Assembly: GCA_040954595.2 (NCBI GenBank)
Contig: CM082581.2
Coordinates: 11,220,286 to 11,284,285 of the forward strand
Direction: 5' to 3'
From: Balanoglossus misakiensis
Lineage: Eukaryota; Animalia; Hemichordata
DNA length: 64,000 nt
The notes beneath the pieces were generated by a model. That model searched no databases. It saw nothing but the letters and a program-made list of their open reading frames with translations, and was not told the DNA's origin. Shown here in pieces: positions 54,701-64,000 of this stretch. The position numbers and the translations under genes were made by a program. Numbering within the stretch: position 1 is the stretch's first letter; each line of letters opens with the position of its first letter.

Positions 54701-57700
54701 CCCAACACCAGATGGCAGTGACTCTGTGACTTCCAATTCAATTTTTTCAATTTCACTCAAATCCAGAGCAATCCTTTCCTCCTGTTTAGGAACACTTCTG
54801 CGAGTCCTGGCAACATTTTTGCATTTTCTACTCAACTTGGTGAACTGTCGTGTCTTCATCTCATCCTCACTCGCAGGTCGGTTTTCTTTGTCTTTCTGTG
54901 TTCGGCGCCCCTTTTCAGAAATCACTGGTTTGATATTTGATAGATTCTACAAACAAGGAGAAACAATATGAAGTCACTAGGAATATCAGAGTTAGCAACA
55001 GCTACATGCTGAGACTTCTTCGATGTTCCCATGTTGTCTTGGAAGAGAAATATGACTTTGAAGAAATCATATGACATTTACATTTATCAGTGACAAATCA
55101 CTACATGTCCACTAGACAGGACTGGAAATACTTACCACAGACAAATTACTGCTATCACTAAAACAAAGACTGGAGACAGGAGAGCAAGCCCGCCGTCTGG
55201 CTGTTATCATAAACTTGTCATTGACTCCACGTAATTGTTGTATTACAGCTAACTCGGGGGTTTCCTCTGCAAGAGTGCGTGCTTTCTTTTTGACTTGAAC
55301 AACTTCTGGGGTTGCCAGGATCTCATCCAATAGTGGTGATTGTCGCTGTACGGGTTCAGCCAATAATCTGCCAATGGGATCATCAATATGCGTCCTAGAA
55401 AGGAACAGAAAAGTCATGAGATGGTAGTCTTAATCTTCCAAACATGCTATGAGTATGAGGAATAAGTTGGGTAGGTTTGTTGCTGCTTCTAATACAAAGG
55501 GAATCAGTGGAAAAATGATTTGGAAATAACAGTCAATTTTATGGTGCACCACCCATACAAAATAAACCCCTATAAAACCAAGAACAACCATGCTACTCTG
55601 CATTCTGTATATACAATTACATTGCCATACATTTTATCAAATTTCCAAATTTGTCAATTTTATTTGCCTTTCCTTATTCTTATTTTTGCTGATGTTCTAT
55701 TTCAGAGCCAGAAATATTTTGCTCAACACTTGGTTATTTATTGCTGGGTGATACGTCAGCTGCTTTCTGGAACAACGATGACTCATACAAACCGACAGCA
55801 TGCAATTTCCCAAGGCTATTCACCAGTTGCCATGAATACTCAAACATTTGGTTATTTTACACTTAACTGCACATGGCTGGTAAAAGCCTGGGTAAACAAA
55901 CCTAGTCTGAGATCACTCTGCTGCTATAATGTACATGAAAATACATTTTATATCTGTCATTAAAATGATTTAGAACTCACCAGTTAATGACGATAATGTA
56001 AATCTGGGAAACAATAACATGTTGCTATAGTAAAAATCATTTCAGTCAATTTCTTATTGACATTCTAAGATTTTACGCTATTTACAGAATTAGACGTGTG
56101 ATTACACATGGCTTCACAAGTGGCCAAGCAATTCACTACTTTTATGGCATTCAGACTAAAAGCAATTTTTCACGACATCTGTCTTCAGATTTAAATAATT
56201 TTGTTAACAAGCGTACACTCAGTTCATTTAGGAAAGAATTCTCTAGACTCTTTGGAATTAACTTTCTGTGGAAGAAGTTCACAGCAGCGTACAACTGTTA
56301 AATGTCTACCAACACTTTATGTCTCTGCATATACATACATGTATAATGACGTGATTTTTAAAAATGGAGGCTCATTTCCTTATATTCAGCAAATCCCTAT
56401 ATTTGTTATGTTTAAAGACGGCGCCAAATTGGCTAATCCTATGATAAATAGTTTTAGATTCCGAATAAACTACATTTAATTAAATCTTGGAGTACACAAA
56501 AGAAGCTCTTATTTGGAAGTTATGGTTACCATATGACTCCGCCCACTCCAGCTGTGTCCATGACACTGTCTTATCAGAAAGCTGAAGTTCCACCCACTGT
56601 TCATATTTAAATTATATAACTGAACACAGTCATGACAGCAGACCCACCCACCAGACTCTATGCAAATCATAACCAAGCAAGAGATATGCTCCAATACCCA
56701 AGTATTTCTGTAACCTGACTCTGCCACTATGATTTAAATATTCCATTGTAGTTCTCATGTTCATATGCTAGGCCGGACTGAAGCAGCGTGTATATGAATG
56801 ACTTTCAGCTTTTTAAGTTCGTCATACATTGCTTCTTCCAAGTTTCGGGATAGACACAACTGCTCTTGCATAACTTGTGACAGCTAGGGTTCTTGGAACT
56901 GATGGATGCAATATGTGCTGGTTCCCACTGAATACAGCCTGGCCTCATTATCATACGTACATGTACGTAGGAGTATATTGATCCAAGCCAAACAGGATAA
57001 TAGCAGACTTGGGCTGTGAGCACTGGTTTACTCATCATTGTGCTATTGTTAGCCTCCAGTCAAACTTCCTGGTCTGATGTTTCTGGATTATTCCCGGATG
57101 AGAAAAGCAATGATCATCACCGACCTTGGGATTTTCCATTTAAACTCCATGGTTTTTTCCTCAGTGCATACTCCACGGGGCTGGTAAGTTACAATTTAAG
57201 TTTGTTGATTCCATACACTGGTTTATCTCTCAGAACCTGTTCTACTACAACCATGAAAGAATGCCAAGTATTGAGTAATGGTATTTCCAAATGGTTGATG
57301 GGAATGATATCTCGTGACATTGAATGAAAGGTGACATTTTTGGCGTAGGCGAACATGACAAGACTACATAACTTTCTTAAAGTATTTCATTCAAATTGAC
57401 ATACCATGTGAACATTTACCGATTTGTGATATTAAGTTTCACTATACTTCCCTAAGCTATGGTGCAATATCCTTGTTTACGGGTGCTTCTTGGTTGAACG
57501 GTGATACATAAAGCACAGTGATAGCTTTGCCTTGAGTTGGTCTTTCAATTCATATTTCCTGTTTACCACAAAAGTTCAAAAATATTCATTTGGCAGTATT
57601 TTGTCCAAAAGTTTGCAGCAATGTATTCACTTTGTAACTAAGCTGTTTATATCACAGGATATCTCATCATTTATACTGGTCTCTCTTTGAATAAATCGGT

Positions 57701-60700
57701 AAAAAAGTCTTAGATTTCTGGCCGAGGTTCTCACTAGGTCAATGGTCAAGGCTAAACTCAAAATAGCTTGCACTGAAAAAAAAATGCTTACATTGCAATG
57801 CAAATAAGCATTGAAAAGGACGTGTTTACATCAGTGAGGTTTTCTAAATACATGTACAGGTCTGCACATTTTCACTGTACAAATCTCTTTATGCCATCAA
57901 ACCTGATATGTTTTCATCTATTCATTTAATAAATTTACTGCTTAAGTTATCCACAAAGTGAAATATTGCACATTTTATTTTACAGAAACTGACACTGAAA
58001 TTGTACTCAAAACAACACGAAGCTGAGCTTGCTGGATGAATTGTTCAAGGTGCCCAGAGGAAGACAAAAGACCATGATGCACTTGATTTTAACCCTGTTA
58101 CTTCTGGGAGTGATTAGGCCAACAATCTCCGCACAAAGTCAAGTGGCTGATTCAGTTTTGGGATGTGTTATTGATGAGGATCAAGCAAGACATTCACTGA
58201 CCCCAGCAGTCAGTTGCTGGTCAAGTGCTCTCTCCAATCACAACACAACAAAGATTCCATCGACATCATCCTTGGACTTCTACTGTGATAGTCTGCTCAA
58301 TGGAGATCCCGTGCATTTTATTCTCAGTCGTGCACAGAACACACAAGTCTTACAACACTTGATTATTTCCAACTGCCCAATCAACTATCTTGATGGAGAA
58401 GATTTCATCCAACTGCCTCAATTGCAAACGCTCAAGTTCATATCTTGTGGAATAAATGACATTGGTTCACGTGCTTTCCAAGGTTTGCCTAATCTCACAT
58501 CGGTAGATTTGACTGGCAATAGCTTTTCTGAAATACCCAGTGCACTGACATGTGTGAACCAAACGTGCCGTGCACTCAACAATTTGGAAGAACTAATCCT
58601 AGAGAACAATGATTTCAGAAAACTACCAAGTGATGCATTCACTCATCTGACCAAGCTGAGGAAATTGAACTTGGCCAAAAACAAGCTGCAGTCTTTACAA
58701 GGGGATCTATTTTGGTCTTTGCGCAGTCTGCAAGAACTGGATTTGAGAGCAAACCAAATAGCAACATTACAGCCTGAACTGTTCCAAAATTCATCCACCT
58801 TGGAAATATTATACCTTGGATCCAACAGCATCCAGGAGATTAAACCCGGCACTTTTACAAGCCTTACCAGTTTGAAAAGCTTGGATCTGTCATTCAATCA
58901 GTTTACATCTTTGCCTGAAGAAACTTTCAGGGGACTTGAATGCTTAGAAGACTTGAAGTTGACAAATAATGCTTTCAAAGGGTCGCTGCCTAGTAACCTC
59001 TTCCAAGGACTAATATCACTGCAGTCTGTAGATATGAGTGACACTAAATTCTCACTGTCAAGTCTTGTTATACCAGAGGGGTTATTCCACAATCTGCCAC
59101 ACCTCAGTAGTGTGAATTTACAAAATGCCAACATAAGCTCGTTCAAACATCTTACCTTTACAGGGAGCATGTCTTTGACAAACCTTGACTTCAGTCACAA
59201 CCATATTGAAGTTTTTCCAACTCGATTCTTGGATGTTATCAAGGCACCCACTTTGGCAGTCATAAATTTATCCCACAATGGAATCTTCGATCTTCAAAGC
59301 GGTTCCTTCCAGAACAGTGCTTCACTCCGAGAGATCAACCTAGCCCACAACAACTTGAAGACAATAACCAACTATGCCTTCTATTCACTGTCAGCACTGC
59401 AAAGTCTCGACCTCAGTTACAACAAAATTAATTTGATTGACAGCATGGGGTTATATAAACTGCCAAGTCTGATAGAACTACGCCTGAATAACAACCTGCT
59501 AACCAATTTCCAAGTTTTCCTTTTTGCGAGGACGGGTGCCTTAGCCGCACCACCGGGGGCGCTACCCCAGTACGTTCCCGTTGATTCGCAAATATCAGTG
59601 TACATGGAAGGCAATCCATTGGTCTGTGACTGTCACATGTTCTCTACATTGTACAATGAGTCGGGACATTCAAGGTTTGAAGAATACACATGGCCGGGAA
59701 GAAGTGAATTAATTAATCAGAGATTTGTGCCTGACTCAGATGCACTTGTCTGTTCGGACCCGCCGAGGGTCAGAGGTCAATCCATCAAGCGGTTGAAGAA
59801 ACACTCCTTCTGGTGTGAGATGCCTGATTTGTGCCCTCCAGACTGTACATGTAACGCCATAGCTATTGAACTGAGACTGGTGGCGAACTGCAGCCACAGG
59901 GGACTGAGTGAGATTCCCACCGACTTATGGTGGGGCACTCACTATCTCATACTGGACCACAATAACATAACGCACATCTCACGGAACCACTTGAAAAATA
60001 TGACTTATATGATGGAACTCTACTTGGATAACAATGAAATTCTTCAAATTGACGATGGCACATTTGAAGATTTGACCTCTTTGTTACATCTTGGCCTCAG
60101 CCACAATAAATTGCAAACACTAAATGCATCATGGCTTGGCCAGCTGGGCTCTGTAGAAACACTGCGTTTGGAACATAACAATATTTCACAAATTGATGTG
60201 CACAGTTTTCAAAATCTATCCAAGATTAATACCCTGGCCCTTGACCACAACAGCCTGCAGTATTTTGAACCTGGGGTTTTGAACAACACCAAGTCACTGC
60301 AACATTTACGTTTGGATGGTAATCCCTTCATTTGTGACTGTAAACTGTGGTGGTTAGATTTCAAAGAGTGGCTGCTGAGACCGCAGGTTCACAAACTTTT
60401 TGACCAAAGGTATGACATCACCTGTACAGTACCCGATCATGAAACTAACTCCTCATTGCATGCAGTAGAGCGGCCAATTCTACAGCTTACAGAAGATGAG
60501 TTACTATGTAATAACACCTCAAACATTGGTATAAGACTAACTGACACTGAAAGTAAAATCATCGCATGTGTCTTAGGGTTCACCGTCTTGATCTTGTTGG
60601 TTGTTGCCATCATTTTTAAGTGCCGCAACGTCCTCAAGGTCATTGTGTACAACCGCACAGGGTGGCGTTTTTTCCATGGTGAAAACTTCGAGGAAAATAA

Positions 60701-61692
60701 ACTGTACGACGCCTTCCTGTCCTTCAGTAGTGAGGACCTCGGCTGGGTGAAAAACTCGCTCTTGAAAAAACTTGAAGAGCACGACCCTCCTTTCAAAGTC
60801 TGCATTCATCATCGCGACTTCCTGGTGGGAGCATGCATTGCAGAAAACATAGTAGAAGCCATTGAGAAAAGCAGAAGGACTATCCTAGTTCTGAGTAATA
60901 ACTTCCTGGAGAGTGAATGGTGTGCCTACGAGTTCAAACAAGCCCATCGCCAAGTGCTCATCGACAAATCAAGCCGACTGATCGTACTTCTGATGGAGGA
61001 CGTCGCCATGGCAAAACTGGATGCAGATCTTAAGATGTATCTGCAAACAAACACATACCTGGAGAAGGACGACCCCCTCTTCTGGCAAAAGTTGTACTAT
61101 GCTATGCCAGACAACAAAGAGAACAGACAAAACTTTCGAAATAATCGTGCTGAACCTGACAATGAACTGCTGTTGATAGAAAATATCTAATTTCAAAAAT
61201 AAAACAAAGAACAGAGGCAGACAGACACATGAACATGTACATACCAAATGTGTGCTACATATGTGTTTCATTTTTTTAAACTACATGTAAATGAACTATT
61301 ATCAAGTTTCCTTAGCTTTCCTGTAAGTGACATCTTACAAGTCGGATTCTAGTAAAAATACTACAATGTAAATAATTTCTAAGTTATTTCTTGAATCACA
61401 GTCACTGTGTAGAGTGACCGTGCTTGAATAAATGTTATTAAATAACACAATTATGAGTAATGCATTTTTATTCCTTTTCAAGTGATTTTGATTTGAAAGT
61501 TTGGCTTCAAATCTGGTGAGAAATGTCCACTTACTCATCACTGTTACTGCTGTGTTCAGAATCTGGTGAAGAAAACACTGGAACAGGTTTGACGGTTATT
61601 GCAGCCGGGGAAAGCCAGTCATCACAGTCATTCTTGATAGTTCTCTGCTTGTGTCGACCATAAGCCCAAACTCGCCGCTTTTTCGGTGGCAT
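51732..61692 (-). CDS. HASPIN: Serine/threonine kinase haspin (histone H3T3 kinase), intron-containing
   Basis: Kinase exons at 51732-53793: KIGEGTFGEVF, FEHRDLHWGNILV, IIDFTMSRL, LFEGEGDYQFEVYRLMK, TNVLWLHYL. Long disordered exon ~53903-54946 and exon ~55135-55394. First coding exon 61692-61535 (MPPKKRRVWAYGR...WLSP) splices in phase (GA|G) to 55394. A non-coding exon donor lies near 62147. Confidence 0.9.
58074..61190 (+). CDS. Toll-like receptor, multiple-cysteine-cluster (Toll-type), single coding exon, ~1038 aa
   Basis: Signal peptide MMHLILTLLLLG; many LxxLxLxxN repeats; internal LRRCT (NPLVCDC) plus LRRNT (CPPDCTC); further LRRs; second LRRCT (NPFICDC); TM; TIR (YDAFLSFS, CIHHRDFLVG, SRRTILVLS, SEWCAYEF, FWQKLYYAMP). 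Splice acceptor at about 57985 upstream of the ATG. Confidence 0.95.
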   Translation: MMHLILTLLLLGVIRPTISAQSQVADSVLGCVIDEDQARHSLTPAVSCWSSALSNHNTTKIPSTSSLDFYCDSLLNGDPVHFILSRAQNTQVLQHLIISNCPINYLDGEDFIQLPQLQTLKFISCGINDIGSRAFQGLPNLTSVDLTGNSFSEIPSALTCVNQTCRALNNLEELILENNDFRKLPSDAFTHLTKLRKLNLAKNKLQSLQGDLFWSLRSLQELDLRANQIATLQPELFQNSSTLEILYLGSNSIQEIKPGTFTSLTSLKSLDLSFNQFTSLPEETFRGLECLEDLKLTNNAFKGSLPSNLFQGLISLQSVDMSDTKFSLSSLVIPEGLFHNLPHLSSVNLQNANISSFKHLTFTGSMSLTNLDFSHNHIEVFPTRFLDVIKAPTLAVINLSHNGIFDLQSGSFQNSASLREINLAHNNLKTITNYAFYSLSALQSLDLSYNKINLIDSMGLYKLPSLIELRLNNNLLTNFQVFLFARTGALAAPPGALPQYVPVDSQISVYMEGNPLVCDCHMFSTLYNESGHSRFEEYTWPGRSELINQRFVPDSDALVCSDPPRVRGQSIKRLKKHSFWCEMPDLCPPDCTCNAIAIELRLVANCSHRGLSEIPTDLWWGTHYLILDHNNITHISRNHLKNMTYMMELYLDNNEILQIDDGTFEDLTSLLHLGLSHNKLQTLNASWLGQLGSVETLRLEHNNISQIDVHSFQNLSKINTLALDHNSLQYFEPGVLNNTKSLQHLRLDGNPFICDCKLWWLDFKEWLLRPQVHKLFDQRYDITCTVPDHETNSSLHAVERPILQLTEDELLCNNTSNIGIRLTDTESKIIACVLGFTVLILLVVAIIFKCRNVLKVIVYNRTGWRFFHGENFEENKLYDAFLSFSSEDLGWVKNSLLKKLEEHDPPFKVCIHHRDFLVGACIAENIVEAIEKSRRTILVLSNNFLESEWCAYEFKQAHRQVLIDKSSRLIVLLMEDVAMAKLDADLKMYLQTNTYLEKDDPLFWQKLYYAMPDNKENRQNFRNNRAEPDNELLLIENI

Positions 61693-62146
61693 TCTTGGTG
61701 AGTGTGACTAATGCAGAGAAGCTGTATGTATCTCTGGAAAAAATATGACTACATGTATAAGGTCATGTTGCTCGTCGGTCAACTTGACCTTCAGACCAAC
61801 TTGACCTCAAGTAAACTCTGAGACTGACACTGCATAGTTGCAAATTTTCGGTTGAAAAATCGAGGTAATATACAGGGTTGTCTGGTGAAACTAGCTAGCT
61901 GCTGTACCAGGCCTGAAGCCGAGATTTTTGCCTGGTGATCAAGGTAAACCAGATTTTGTCCTCTATAATATAACACCAGGCAAAACCTCGAGAACTACCA
62001 GGATGATATTGCAGGTAACCAACTTCAAGCGAACACATAGCAAATTCACCAAAAGTCGCGTCTTCAACGGAATGTATCCGGTCATAAACTACGAGAGAAA
62101 TAAATCAGTATATACTACGATAAATATAAATGATAATGCACCTTAC

Positions 62147-62305
62147 CTATCGGTCACCAACACAACACAGCAACAACACAAGTTTCAAGATGGCGGTCAG
62201 TGTTCGAAATTGACGCGTAAACAGAACGCTCGATTCTATTGGTTATTTGTGTTGAACGTTCTGTAAAGGCGAAGGTCATTGGCTATGAGATCATTCTAAT
62301 TTAAA
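62147..62305 (-). promoter_or_regulatory. Putative haspin first exon and promoter
   Basis: Donor at 62146; YY1-like CAAGATGGCG at about 62186; TTCGAA (CHR-like) at about 62203; two ATTGG (CCAAT) boxes at about 62238 and 62278. Confidence 0.45.
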
Positions 62306-64000
62306 TACATAAACATGCGAAGGGGGTTTTGACTCAGACGCATCTGTAGAACAACAGCACAAATAAAGGGTTTAAAATCCTAGTTTTTATTGAAGTATTC
62401 AACTAATCTCAGCATTCAGAAGTGAACTACCAATCATCAAATTGATATTCAAATCTTAAAAGAATTAAGTGTAGCATTACAGATTTTCTTGAAAGTTGAA
62501 AGTGGACGGCTATTCAAGAAAAGTATACTACATGTACTGGAGTTGTTACATACTTTGTACAATAGTAATAGTACAATATTATAGACAATTGAGAATGCAT
62601 AGCTCAAAAAAGTCACTAAAATGAATAATTACATCTACAAATTACTGATGTATTACACGTCTGAAGAGAAAACAGAGATGAACAAGAATTGTCCAATTTT
62701 GATAGCTGACAGTAGGTGTCCACATCACACAGAGTTACTTTTCACAGGACAAAAAAAAACAAATTTCTCTGTAGCACACTGAGCAGGCACATGTCAGTGC
62801 AGTAACAGAGGAGTCCCCCCCAGTGTAGCCACATTCTGCAGAGGGATGTTTTGAACAAACATGCATGACCTGGCCAGCAAAGATACTGACAGTGGCAGGA
62901 TTTATTTTTTTCGTTTCTTGTTTGCAAAACTTGGAAATACAAAAGCACAATCACAGACACCAATGAATGCTTCATGACATGAACACATACACCTCAGCTG
63001 ATCATCAAAATTCAACTATCACCTGATATCATACATTTTACACATGTATTATTTTTAAGTAAACGGTAAATATACACAGAACGATACGAAAGCTATTTGA
63101 AACAAATGATTCCTATAAATAGCATATTTGATGGTTGATATGTCAAATTATAATTATAAACAGCATCTCCTGACTGTTACCTGTAATATATCACAATATT
63201 GCTTGTTTGGAAAAAAAGCACATTTAATAATTAATTCTCATCTTTCATAAAGGATAAATGGGAAAGAACTTTCAGCCATGTTATACTCATGAACATAAGC
63301 TCCGAGAGGAAAAGTCTCCTTAAACAGATTGATCTGAGATTATTTTGAAAAGTTTCTAACAAATGAGTATGTCAAACTGCAATCAATGCATGGGGTCATT
63401 TCAGTTCTGGAATCTGGCGTTTTTCATACGACCACATTCCACAAAATTAACTCTAAATCAGAGGATAACGTTCCCTTTTAGGTTTTAGCAGTATGTTTGT
63501 CTTAACCATTGTAAATAGAATCTGTAATGCTGTTCATGAGCACACATGTAGTATTGTTCAAAAAAGTAGACTTTTGGAGTTGAATATGACTATGGTAATA
63601 AATGCTATTGTCTGCATAGTTCTGTAGCGTGTGTGTGTTACATTCAATATTACTATAGATAAGACTTGTGTAAAAGTACTAGCACTTGTTAAGACAGTAA
63701 TGAGATGAGGTCATACTAATCATAATACACCTTTACCTTTCCTGTGTTAACTTCTTAAAGCTTATAATTATTTCATAACAACATAACATTCTCACAAATT
63801 TGTTGAAAGATGAGACAAAATAAAACAAAACAAAACAATATCTGGTTGAAACAATAAAAAGATCAACATTTCCAAAACCCAAACATGGTAGGCAGTGATT
63901 AGTACCAGAACATCTCAATGTATTGACTCATACTTGGTGTAGGATTGATGTTCAAACTTGGTTTGAAACAATTTGTAGATAGATATTAAATGGAATCTTC

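Noticed and set aside
62330-64000. AT-rich terminal region with short ORFs
   Set aside because: No credible coding exon; most likely the 3'UTR of a minus-strand gene outside the window (AATAAA on minus near 62390), which cannot be confirmed here.

Overview
Eukaryotic (animal) genomic DNA: AT-rich, with many short GT-AG introns. Gene content suggests a marine invertebrate deuterostome such as a hemichordate or echinoderm (inference). By manual exon assembly I find nine protein-coding genes: PCGF5-like (first coding exon not found), CYP26 retinoic-acid hydroxylase flanked by several DR5/DR2 RARE-like motifs, an SLC16/MCT transporter, a secreted 9-exon protein resembling bacterial family-3 periplasmic solute-binding proteins, a strongly divergent SLC1 transporter directly downstream of it, mitochondrial GPAT, NAGK, haspin, and a single-coding-exon multi-cysteine-cluster Toll-like receptor nested antisense in a haspin intron. 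Repeats include a TTAA-flanked Kolobok-type element, a tRNA-derived SINE and two long hairpin elements. The strongest candidate for an undescribed system is the tandem pair of secreted solute-binding protein and rewired SLC1 transporter. Both have lost canonical amino-acid or Na+ contact residues, which suggests binding-protein-assisted uptake or sensing of an unusual ligand. Exon coordinates were read by eye and may be off by a few bases.
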